Positions 1 through 7,752 of a stretch of 64,000 nucleotides of DNA are shown one piece after another. The stretch lies in the NCBI GenBank assembly GCA_001784175.1, contig MFPR01000004.1, forward strand, positions 248,001 to 312,000, read 5' to 3'. Source of the DNA: Candidatus Lindowbacteria bacterium RIFCSPLOWO2_12_FULL_62_27 (lineage in GTDB: Bacteria > Lindowbacteria > 2-12-FULL-62-27). The position numbers and the translations under genes are program-made. Under the pieces are notes generated by a model. The model did no database searches and was not told where the DNA came from. It worked only from the letters and a program-made list of their open reading frames with translations. Within the stretch, counting starts at the first letter, position 1, and every line of letters starts with the position of its first letter.

Positions 1-774
1 CGCCACGCCCGGGACGCTGGACTCAAAGCCCAACGCCCGCATCATGCGGTCGCTCGGACCCTTGAGCGACCGGCCGCCGATGAGCGGACAGATCGCGATG
101 CGGGGCGCGCGCAGGTCCGCCAGCGTCTCGCGCACGCCCGGGACCGACAGAATGGGCCCGATGCTGGCGACGGGATTGCTGGGCGCGATGAAGACCACAT
201 CTGCCTCCCGCAACGCGACCAGAACCTCGCGCGCCGGCGCGCTGCGCTCCGCGCCCCGATAGGCGACGCCTAGAATTTCGGGCGCGCAGGCGCGCCTCAC
301 GAAAAATTCCTGAAAGTGCATCCACCCCTCCGGCGTCGACACTTCGGTCCAGATCACATCGTCTGTCACCGGCAATATCCGCGTGCGGACGAAGAGATGC
401 CGGCAGAGCCGTTCCGTGATCTCCGTGAGGGACCGCCCCTCCCGGCGGAGGGTGGTCCGGATCAGATGCGTGGCGAGGTCGCGGTCGCCGATCTGGAACC
501 ATGCGGCCGTGCCCCACCGCCGAAGTTCCGCGAGCGCCTGGAAGGTGTCTCCGGCGATCCCCCATCCGCGCTCCGGGTCGGCGATTCCGGCGAGCGTGTA
601 CATCATGGTGTCGAGGTCGGGGCTGATCCAAAGGCCATGCCGTTCGATGTCGTCCGCCGTATTGCCGATCACGGTCAGGTGCGCCGGATCGACCACGCGG
701 GCCAGGCCATCGACAAATTTCGCGGCGCCGACGCCGCCGGCGAGAACGGTGAATCGGGCTTGATGAATCTCCAT
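1..774 (-). CDS. cofD: 2-phospho-L-lactate transferase CofD (coenzyme F420 biosynthesis), 3' end outside window
   Basis: Manual translation from ATG 774: MEIHQARFTVLAGGVGAAKFVDGL..GNTADDIERHGLWISPDLDT..WFQIGDRDLATH..FQEFFV..APSNPVASIGPIL, typical CofD motifs. Missing from the ORF track because it runs off the window. Confidence 0.9.
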   Translation of the reverse strand, partial: MEIHQARFTVLAGGVGAAKFVDGLARVVDPAHLTVIGNTADDIERHGLWISPDLDTMMYTLAGIADPERGWGIAGDTFQALAELRRWGTAAWFQIGDRDLATHLIRTTLRREGRSLTEITERLCRHLFVRTRILPVTDDVIWTEVSTPEGWMHFQEFFVRRACAPEILGVAYRGAERSAPAREVLVALREADVVFIAPSNPVASIGPILSVPGVRETLADLRAPRIAICPLIGGRSLKGPSDRMMRALGFESSVPGVA

Positions 775-789
775 GGGCCGAGCGTATCT

Positions 790-1359
790 TTATTTTTTGT
801 CCGTGAACACTTCCGCCGTGAAAATCCAGAATCGGGCGCCGGGAAGCCGCCATGCGTTGACGGGCAGGCCGGCTTTTTTGCAGAGCGCCGACAGCGTTTC
901 CTCCCGGCCCCATTTCATGTCCGTGGCGACTTTCGGCAGAAACACGGCCTGACGGCTGTCCTTGGCAAGGAGGATACCGTGATCGCCGGGCAAGAACTCG
1001 TTCCAAGATGGGATTTCTTTCATCGGCGAGAGCACTGAGATTTCGATATCGATTTCGCCGCATTCCGATTCGCCGACCGGCGGGAACCGGTTGTCCTCGC
1101 AGGCGCTCGACCATGCGGCGTCGCGAACCGCCTCCCACAAGGGCGACTCCGGCTTGAGCGTGCCGACGCATCCGCGGAGCCGGCCGGCCAAGTGCAGCGT
1201 CACGAATGCGCCGCGCTTTTCGTCCAGGACCGGCGATCGATCGGCGGGCGGCGGCACGGAGTCGGGCGGCCGGCGGCGCGCGGCCGCCCGCATTGATGCC
1301 CGCGCCAGCGCCAGGAGGGCCGCGCGGCCGGCCGGGTCAATCCGATCTTCGGCGGTCAC
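790..1359 (-). CDS. amrA: AmmeMemoRadiSam system protein A (AMMECR1 domain)
   Basis: GAFVTL..LRGCVG..DNRFPPV..EISVLSP..HGILL..AVFLPKVA..W..L..KAG motifs. Confidence 0.92.
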   Translation of the reverse strand: MTAEDRIDPAGRAALLALARASMRAAARRRPPDSVPPPADRSPVLDEKRGAFVTLHLAGRLRGCVGTLKPESPLWEAVRDAAWSSACEDNRFPPVGESECGEIDIEISVLSPMKEIPSWNEFLPGDHGILLAKDSRQAVFLPKVATDMKWGREETLSALCKKAGLPVNAWRLPGARFWIFTAEVFTDKK

Positions 1360-2219
1360 GATTGAAAAAACGCCAGCGCAGCGTAGCTCACCATGTGATC
1401 GGTTTCGCCCGTCACCTCCGCGCTCTGGCTGTAATCAAGAAGTTCCGCCGTGGTCCCGTGCGGCAGCGTATCAAGGAGAACGGCGATCGGCATGATCCCG
1501 CAGATCGTGGCGCCCGTCGTGCGGCGATACGACAAAAGCCCCGCGGCATTCAGTGCGCGGATCCGCTTCACCGCGCCCTCGTCGATCTCGCGGACACCGG
1601 CCTGCACGTCAGGCCCGACCGGCGGGAGGTAATCGAAATCGGCGCCGTAGTGCACGAAATCCGAGCTTGCGACGAGGAGCGTCCGATCGTCGACGATGTC
1701 CCGCAGTCCGGCCGCGAGCCGCCGCCGGTCCGTGTCGGAGAGTTTTCCGAGAAGGAGGGGCACGATTTGAAAGGGTTTGAACGCGACCTGGAAAAACGGC
1801 AGAAGAATTTCGAGACAGTGTTCCTTCTCGTGGGGTCCGTCCGCGCACGAAACGCCGGACGCCATCAGCTTCGCGACAGCCGCCCGGTCCACGGGAACCC
1901 GGCCCAGCGGCGTTTCAAAGAAACTTGCGCCGGCCAGAACCGCGCCCTGAACGAACGCGCGGTGCGAAGGCCCCATGAGGATGATGCGAGACCATGCCGC
2001 CGGCTCCCTCGACGCCATCGCGACGCCGGCGCCGGTGGTGCGCCCGCTGTACTTGTGGCCGGCATGCGGGAGAATGAGGGCGAGCAACCTTTGTTCGTGT
2101 TCTTTGATGACCGACCGGCCTCTTGCGAGAAATGCTTCAACCGACATTCGCAAATCCTGCGGATCGTCCGGATACCACGCGCCGGCCAGCGCGCTCGGGC
2201 GGATGTTCAGAGAGTCCAT
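1356..2219 (-). CDS. amrB: AmmeMemoRadiSam system protein B (MEMO1 family)
   Basis: RPSALAGAWYP, PHAGHKYSG, GPSH, EHCLE, SSDFVHYG, TICG, VSYAA motifs; start placed at ATG 2219, 7 nt below a TACAAT -10 box. Confidence 0.92.
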   Translation of the reverse strand: MDSLNIRPSALAGAWYPDDPQDLRMSVEAFLARGRSVIKEHEQRLLALILPHAGHKYSGRTTGAGVAMASREPAAWSRIILMGPSHRAFVQGAVLAGASFFETPLGRVPVDRAAVAKLMASGVSCADGPHEKEHCLEILLPFFQVAFKPFQIVPLLLGKLSDTDRRRLAAGLRDIVDDRTLLVASSDFVHYGADFDYLPPVGPDVQAGVREIDEGAVKRIRALNAAGLLSYRRTTGATICGIMPIAVLLDTLPHGTTAELLDYSQSAEVTGETDHMVSYAALAFFQS

Positions 2220-2226
2220 GGGTGAA

Positions 2227-2255
2227 ATTGTATAGCAGTTCTCAGAGATGGGCAA
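2227..2255 (-). promoter_or_regulatory. sigma70 promoter TTGCCC-N17-TACAAT for amrB (leaderless-type)
   Basis: Hexamers at 2255-2250 and 2232-2227, ATG 7 nt downstream, no SD. Confidence 0.65.
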
Positions 2256-2274
2256 CAGGGATAATACATCCATG

Positions 2275-2409
2275 GTAAACAGGGGAAACCATTAGCCACA
2301 AACGACACGAACGATCACGAACGGACACGAAGAAAATATTCTTCCCATGTAAAAATGTTCGTGTTCGTTCGTGGCGGATGTTTATCGCCGCGCTTTACCG
2401 AGGCATTAC
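2275..2409. mobile_element. MITE-like non-autonomous element, copy 1 (CACGAA/TTCGTG palindromic type)
   Basis: Aligns end to end with 46023-46180; GTAA...TTAC termini; internal ACACGAAC / GTTCGTGT inverted arrays; flanked by CATCCATG direct repeats (2267-2274, 2410-2417). Confidence 0.6.
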
Positions 2410-2420
2410 CATCCATGTAT

Positions 2421-2455
2421 AAAAAGAGGTGCCCATTCACTGGGAATGGGCACCT
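2421..2455 (-). terminator. Rho-independent terminator
   Basis: Perfect 12-bp stem AGGTGCCCATTC/GAATGGGCACCT with 5-nt loop, followed by CTTTTT on the minus strand. Confidence 0.85.
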
Positions 2456-2780
2456 TCGAGAGGGGGAAATATGGGCGTAGACACGACTGACGTTAAACGC
2501 ACTCGGTTCGCTGTGATGACCAGCGTCCCCCCGAATATTTATTTGAGTTCCTCTTGAGCCGGCGTTTCCTCTAAATCCGATCTTCCGATCGGCGAAAGCC
2601 ATAACCTTAGGATAATGACAGTCGGCGGGTGCGTTCGCCCTCTCGATTGTTCAGGCAACCACCCCATTCGCCGCTTCCCTGCTCGGGGCTTGAGCCCCAT
2701 CGGTTCTGGATTCTACTCCGTAACCTTTTGGTCATCCCTGACCTAGGAATTACCTTCCCCAACTTCCAACTCGAATGGTT
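2421..2780 (-). ncRNA. Candidate structured non-coding RNA of unknown family (~330-360 nt)
   Basis: Bounded by its own promoter and terminator; 5'/3' end pairing; several hairpins with GNRA loops; CCUAAG..UAUGG receptor-like motif; no credible ORF. Confidence 0.6.
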
Positions 2781-2786
2781 CGGAAC

Positions 2787-2815
2787 ATCATCCCACAAAA
2801 ATTGTGGAAAATCAA
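2787..2815 (-). promoter_or_regulatory. sigma70 promoter TTGATT-N17-GATGAT with palindromic spacer CCACAA-aaa-TTGTGG
   Basis: -35 at 2815-2810, -10 at 2792-2787, AT-rich tract upstream; palindrome 2793-2807 overlaps a 1-mismatch DnaA-box-like 9-mer TTTTCCACA. Confidence 0.55.
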
Positions 2816-2867
2816 GTTATAAACCAAAATTTTTTGCTATTGTAACTATTTATATAGCAGGCTGTTA

Positions 2868-3989
2868 TTATAGATTCTGGCTTTCGGATAGTTTGGAAAG
2901 CACTTGCACAACCCTGGCTTGATGGCTCTTTGGAAGGCCCGGATAGAGCGGGAGGGACAGAACGGACTGCGCAGCCAGCTCAGATTCTGGGAAATCGCCA
3001 CGCCGGTATCCAAGTTTTTTAAAGCAAGGCTGGAGATGAAGCGGCACGGGATAATGAACCGCCGAGTCGATGCCGTGGGACCGGAGCGCTGCCGCTACGC
3101 TGTCCCTGTTTCTCACCCGAATCACATACAGGTGGTACGCATGGCGCGCCTTTGTGTGAACTTTCGGAAGAATCATCCGCAGATTCTTCAATGCCAGGTC
3201 ATACCGATGGGCCTGGGACCTGCGCTGGCGCACCCAGCGGTTCAGAAAGGGCAGTTTGGCCAAAAGGACCGCCGCCTGGACGCCGTCGAGCCGCTCATTG
3301 TATCCGACGAGGTCATGGGCGTACCTTGCGGTCCGGCCATGGTTTCTCAGCTTTCGGAGCCGCTCGGCCAGGTCCGGATCATCGGTCACGACGGCGCCGG
3401 CATCGCCGTAAGCGCCGAGATTTTTGCTTGGATAAAAGCTGAAAGCGGCCGCCCGGCCGAACGTTCCGGCCTTTCGCCCGTTCCACGTCGCCCCATGCGC
3501 CTGGGCCGCATCCTCGAGAATCTGGACTTTTCCTTTCCGGGCCATGGCCCCCAGGCGGTCCATATCGGCCGGATGGCCGTAGAGATGTACCGGAAGGATC
3601 ACTTTCGTGCGCCGCGTCAAAGCGCGATCGACCCCGGCCGGCGAAATGCAAAACGTTGCCGGATCGATGTCGACCAGAACCGGCCGCGCGCCTGCATGAA
3701 CGATGGCCTCGAGGGTTGCGGTAAAACTGAACGGCGTTGTGATCACCTCATCGCCCTGTCCCACCCCCATGGCTTTCAGCGCGAGGTACAGCGCGGCCGT
3801 GCCGGAATTCACGCCGACGACCTCCCGGACGCCGAGCCATCGGCCGAACGCGCGCTCAAACCGCTCCGTGGCGGCCGACTGGACATATTCCTGGCGGTCC
3901 AACACCCGCCGGATGGCTCGAAGGATCGCGGGGCGGGCCGGGCGATCCTGCTTTTTGAGGTCCAACACGGGGATCCGGTATGAATTCAT
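2868..3989 (-). CDS. DegT/DnrJ/EryC1/StrS family PLP-dependent sugar aminotransferase
   Basis: NSGTAAL, GDEVITTPFSF, PVHLYG, EDAAQAHGA, FSFYPSKNLGAYGDAG, LSLPLYP. Confidence 0.95.
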   Translation of the reverse strand: MNSYRIPVLDLKKQDRPARPAILRAIRRVLDRQEYVQSAATERFERAFGRWLGVREVVGVNSGTAALYLALKAMGVGQGDEVITTPFSFTATLEAIVHAGARPVLVDIDPATFCISPAGVDRALTRRTKVILPVHLYGHPADMDRLGAMARKGKVQILEDAAQAHGATWNGRKAGTFGRAAAFSFYPSKNLGAYGDAGAVVTDDPDLAERLRKLRNHGRTARYAHDLVGYNERLDGVQAAVLLAKLPFLNRWVRQRRSQAHRYDLALKNLRMILPKVHTKARHAYHLYVIRVRNRDSVAAALRSHGIDSAVHYPVPLHLQPCFKKLGYRRGDFPESELAAQSVLSLPLYPGLPKSHQARVVQVLSKLSESQNL

Positions 3990-4027
3990 GAAGGAAAGAT
4001 GTATCAGCGCGAAGAAAGGAGTTCAAG

Positions 4028-4036
4028 TTATCCACA
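4028..4036 (+). promoter_or_regulatory. Single perfect DnaA box TTATCCACA in the divergent degT/archease intergenic region
   Basis: Exact consensus match, immediately upstream of a TTGAAC -35-like hexamer for the degT gene. Confidence 0.35.
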
Positions 4037-4173
4037 AAGTTGCCGATAGGTGAAACATAGCGGTCAAAGGTTCCCTCCCTTTACCCTGTTATCCGAACTT
4101 ATGGAGCGGGCGGTTGCGGCAGCCGCCCGCTCCACCTTTTATATCGAGACCAAAGAGATATACTATATCCAAC

Positions 4174-4608
4174 ATGACCTACCGGTTCACGGACCATACG
4201 GCGGATTATGGCGTGGAGGTGTACGCGTTCACGGCCGAGGAGGCGTTTTGCGACGCTGCGCGGGCGCTGTACGAAATCCTGTACGGCAAGAACGCCGCCG
4301 TCCTATTTCGCGCGGGCCATCAGGGCGCGCCGGCGCCGGTGCGGATGGAGGAGGGCACGCTTGCCGACCTGCTTCACGCGTGGCTCTCGCTGCATCTCGA
4401 CCGCTGCGTGCAGGACCGGCGTGTGGCGAGCGGCTGGCGGATCCGGGTGGACTTCAGAAGGGCCCGGCTGGAGGGAGAAATATACATGACGGAAGCGGCG
4501 AAACTGGGTTTAACCCTGGAGCGGGAGGTCAAAGCCGTGACCTATCACGATCTGAGGGCGCAAGCGAGTTTGGAAAAAACGACGCTGCATTATATTGTGG
4601 ACGTCTGA
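4174..4608 (+). CDS. Archease
   Basis: N-terminal YRFTDHTADYG and C-terminal EVKAVTYHDL..YIVDV signatures; directly upstream of rtcB. Confidence 0.93.
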   Translation: MTYRFTDHTADYGVEVYAFTAEEAFCDAARALYEILYGKNAAVLFRAGHQGAPAPVRMEEGTLADLLHAWLSLHLDRCVQDRRVASGWRIRVDFRRARLEGEIYMTEAAKLGLTLEREVKAVTYHDLRAQASLEKTTLHYIVDV

Positions 4609-4610
4609 TC

Positions 4611-6017
4611 ATGGACGTGAAGATTCGCAAGGTTGGCGAGCACAAATACTGCATTCCGAAATCGGACCATCCGGGCCTTCGGGCCGACATTTACATTTAC
4701 GCGACGGAACAGATTCTGGGCGCGATCCGAGCCGACCAGACCTGCACGCAGATCGTGAACGTGGCGATGATGCCGGACATCGTGTCGCCCGTGCATCTTA
4801 TGCCGGACGCGCATTTCGGATACGGGTTTCCGATCGGCGCAGTGGCGGCGTTTGACGCGGTGGACGGCTGGGTCAGTCCGGGCGGCGTGGGCGCGGACAT
4901 CAACTGCGGCGTGCGTCTCATGTCGACGGACATCCCGGCGGACGAATTGAATGAGAAGCGCAGAAAGTCGCTGGTCGAGGCGCTGTTTCGGCGGGTCCCG
5001 AGCGGCCTCGGCGTCGGAGGGCCGCTGAAACTGTCCGGCCGGCCGCTGAACGACGTGCTGGAGCGCGGCGCGCCGGCGATCGTCGAGAAGGGGTTGGGGT
5101 TGCCGGAGGATTTGAGCCACATAGAAGATCAGGGATCGATCGAGGGCGCGGAAGCGGCAAGCGTGTCGGACGCCGCCAAGAAACGCGGGTTCGATCAATG
5201 CGGGACCATGGGATCCGGGAACCATTTTCTTGAAGTTCAGCGGGTGGAGAAAATTTTCGACCCGGCGACGGCCGGGCGGTGGCGCGTGTCGGAAGGGACG
5301 CTGGCGGTCATGATCCATTCCGGTTCCCGGGGGCTCGGATACCAGGTGTCGGACGAATTCTGGAAGCGGTCCAAGAAGGCGCTGCCGTCGTTCGGGATCG
5401 AGGTCGCCGACGCCCAGCTTTCCCCGCTGCCGATCCGCAGCGACCTGGGCCGCGAATATCTTGCGGCGATGCGGGCCGCCGCGAATTACGCGTTTGCGAA
5501 CCGGCAGGCGCTCATGCATCTGGTGCGCGGGGTCTTTCAGGACGAATTTTCGGGCACGGCCGAAGGCTTGGGCCTGCGGCTGGTCTACGACGTGGCGCAC
5601 AACATCGCGAAGGAGGAGTCGTACGAGTCGGCCGGCGTGACGCGCGCGCTGCTCGTGCACCGCAAGGGCGCAACGCGCGCGTTTCCGGACCAGCCGGTGA
5701 TCATCCCGGGCGACATGGGCACCGCGTCGTATCTTTTGGCGGGGACGGTGGCGGCGCGATCAAGTTATTATACCGTCTGTCACGGCGCCGGGCGTGTCCT
5801 GTCGCGCACCGCCGCCAAGAAGCGCGTGGATGTCGGGCGGCTCGTGCGGGAATTGCGGGATCAGGGAATAGAAGTGCGAGGCGGCTCGAAAGCGGGCCTT
5901 GCGGAGGAGGCGCCGGAGGCGTACAAGGACATAGAGCAGGTGGTGGACGCCGTCGAAGTCAACGGCCTGGCGCGGCGGGTCGCGCGATTGAAGCCGGTCT
6001 GCGTCATCAAAGGGTAG
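4611..6017 (+). CDS. rtcB: RtcB 3'-phosphate/5'-OH RNA ligase
   Basis: MPDAHFGYGFPIG, GGVGADINCGVR, GSGNHFLE, IHSGSRG, DVAHN, HRKGATRA, PGDMG, HGAGR, EEAPEAYKD. Confidence 0.97.
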   Translation: MDVKIRKVGEHKYCIPKSDHPGLRADIYIYATEQILGAIRADQTCTQIVNVAMMPDIVSPVHLMPDAHFGYGFPIGAVAAFDAVDGWVSPGGVGADINCGVRLMSTDIPADELNEKRRKSLVEALFRRVPSGLGVGGPLKLSGRPLNDVLERGAPAIVEKGLGLPEDLSHIEDQGSIEGAEAASVSDAAKKRGFDQCGTMGSGNHFLEVQRVEKIFDPATAGRWRVSEGTLAVMIHSGSRGLGYQVSDEFWKRSKKALPSFGIEVADAQLSPLPIRSDLGREYLAAMRAAANYAFANRQALMHLVRGVFQDEFSGTAEGLGLRLVYDVAHNIAKEESYESAGVTRALLVHRKGATRAFPDQPVIIPGDMGTASYLLAGTVAARSSYYTVCHGAGRVLSRTAAKKRVDVGRLVRELRDQGIEVRGGSKAGLAEEAPEAYKDIEQVVDAVEVNGLARRVARLKPVCVIKG

Positions 6018-6030
6018 GGAGGAGAAACCA

Positions 6031-7752
6031 TTGGCGCGCGATGGGAGAAAACATAGTTCTGACAAGAAACCCCAGAAACCCCCCCCTGCCCCCCCTTTGC
6101 AAGGGGGGGTGAAAGGCAGACTCCTGTGGCTGTGCGCGCTGCTTGTTCTGTCCGTGGTTGCGGCTGCGGCGAGTTATTACGTCGAACAAAATAATCTGAT
6201 CCAATTCAGAACCAGCCACCGCGTGGGGGACCTCGACATGAGGGGCGCGCGGATCGTTTTCCGAACGACGCCGGAGGAATTTCTGTCCCTGCCGTACGAA
6301 GCGCGGGCCAAACGGATCGCCTCATGGGTCGCGGCCGTGGTGGGCTGGACGCAGTCCTTCACGGGCAGCCGGGACATTACGGAGGTGGCGAGCCGGCTGA
6401 ACTTTGAGGCGAACCGGACTGTGCGGATCGGCGCGCCGGGGGATTATCTATCGGGCGCATTCCGGCTCAATTACGAGTTTACGAAAGATGTGCGATACCC
6501 GGATTCGCAGGACCGGTTCGTTCGCATGATGGTTTCATTCATCAATCAGACGGACGGCGCGCATTTGAGCTATGACGAGTATCTGAGAAAGATGCGGGGG
6601 TTCACCGACACGGGCTTTTTGCGGCCGACGTTATCTTCCGGCGCGCGCTGGTACGTCGAGCGGGCGATGATCCTTCGCGACATTGCGCGCGCCATCCCTG
6701 ATGCGGCCGGCGCGCCGGCCCGCGCGCTGCTGGATGCGCTGACCGAATGGACCTTCATCAACGTGTCGAACCATTTCGAGCGGGCCTTGCCCGGCCGGCC
6801 GGAATTCACGGACTACAACGACCTCCCGCTCGAACTCATGATCCGCGGCATGGGCAGTTGCGACCGCAGCGCCTGGGTGCTCTCAAAGCTGGCATACCAC
6901 GCGGGATTGGAGTCCAACATCGTCTATCTGCACAAACCGGGCATGGAGGGCAAGGGGTCCTTTCACACGATCGCCGAAGTCCGGGCGCCGGACGGGCGGT
7001 GGCGGGCGGTCGACCCGTTCAACAACATTATCTACGACAAGAGCGTCATCGAACTGGCGCGGGACACCGACTATTTCCGGAACTCATGGATTTTTCCGAA
7101 CCACGCGACGCCGAGCGCGTTTCTGCCCGTCATGAAGATTGCGGAGGACATCTGCCGGTTCTATGTGCCGGACCAGCGCCTGTTTTTCGACGTGGGCCGG
7201 ACCGTCACGACCTTCGTGGAGGAACATTTTCCGGACGCGCGGGCGGAGGCGGCGGGCAAAATCCTTATGGGGATGTGCCAGGGCTATGCCGTCAAGATGG
7301 ACCCGGACCCGGTCTCTCTGACGCGCTGGGAACTGCCGTTCTGGCTGCGGGGGTACTATTACCAGCGGGCGTATCTGGACTACAAATTCAAGAAGCTGCC
7401 GTTTCTGAAGAAAATCCGGGAGGCCCGGATACAGCAACTCCTGGGCCATTACGAGGCGGCCGAGGCGGGGTTCGAGGATATGCGGCGACTCGAAAACGGC
7501 GATGTCCTGTTCAACGAGGAGCGCGCCTATTTTGCCGTGTTGAACGATTACTACAAGGGCGATTATCCTTCGGTGGTCGAGAGCGTCCGGCGGTTTGAGG
7601 CGAAGTATCCGGCCATCCCGCGCAACCAGATGCTGAGGTATGTTCTCGCGAAGAGCCTGGTCCAGTTGAACCGCCCGGCCGAGGCGGCGATGGTGTATCC
7701 GGAGGGAAGGAATTTCGAGGCGCCGAAGAAGGCGTTGTTCGCGTCGCCATAG
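6031..7752 (+). CDS. Membrane-anchored transglutaminase-like protein with C-terminal TPR-like helices
   Basis: One N-terminal TM; GMGSCDR..HTIAEV..WRAVDP fits the Cys-His-Asp transglutaminase core; GGAGG SD before TTG. Confidence 0.65.
   Translation: MARDGRKHSSDKKPQKPPPAPPLQGGVKGRLLWLCALLVLSVVAAAASYYVEQNNLIQFRTSHRVGDLDMRGARIVFRTTPEEFLSLPYEARAKRIASWVAAVVGWTQSFTGSRDITEVASRLNFEANRTVRIGAPGDYLSGAFRLNYEFTKDVRYPDSQDRFVRMMVSFINQTDGAHLSYDEYLRKMRGFTDTGFLRPTLSSGARWYVERAMILRDIARAIPDAAGAPARALLDALTEWTFINVSNHFERALPGRPEFTDYNDLPLELMIRGMGSCDRSAWVLSKLAYHAGLESNIVYLHKPGMEGKGSFHTIAEVRAPDGRWRAVDPFNNIIYDKSVIELARDTDYFRNSWIFPNHATPSAFLPVMKIAEDICRFYVPDQRLFFDVGRTVTTFVEEHFPDARAEAAGKILMGMCQGYAVKMDPDPVSLTRWELPFWLRGYYYQRAYLDYKFKKLPFLKKIREARIQQLLGHYEAAEAGFEDMRRLENGDVLFNEERAYFAVLNDYYKGDYPSVVESVRRFEAKYPAIPRNQMLRYVLAKSLVQLNRPAEAAMVYPEGRNFEAPKKALFASP
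6079..6110. repeat. CCCCCCTTTGCAAGGGGGG-type palindromic repeat inside CDS
   Basis: Same family at 32428-32460 and 55676-55712. Confidence 0.7.

Noticed and set aside
23-1171. 382-aa minus-strand ORF and other long alternative-frame ORFs (e.g. 17314-20091+, 22536-24263+, 9007-10875-, 60758-62572+)
   Set aside because: Shadow ORFs of high-GC genes: they overlap well-supported genes in another frame or strand and have no recognisable motifs.
2455-2780. Assigning the ncRNA candidate to RNase P, T-box, c-di-AMP/c-di-GMP/cobalamin riboswitch, SRP, tmRNA or a group II intron remnant
   Set aside because: Only fragmentary resemblances (GAGGAAACGCC, AATGGGGTGGTT, CCTAAG..TATGG). The required partner motifs, order and pairings are missing, and the downstream gene has its own promoter.
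2793-4100. oriC suggested by DnaA-box-like 9-mers (2803-2811, 4028-4036)
   Set aside because: Only one perfect box, the boxes are separated by a gene, and there is no cluster, DUE or dnaA/dnaN context.
4050-4610. Archease-RtcB fusion or N-terminally extended RtcB implied by the 655-aa ORF
   Set aside because: Archease is in a different frame with its own stop at 4608, and RtcB has an ATG at 4611; no frameshift signal is evident.
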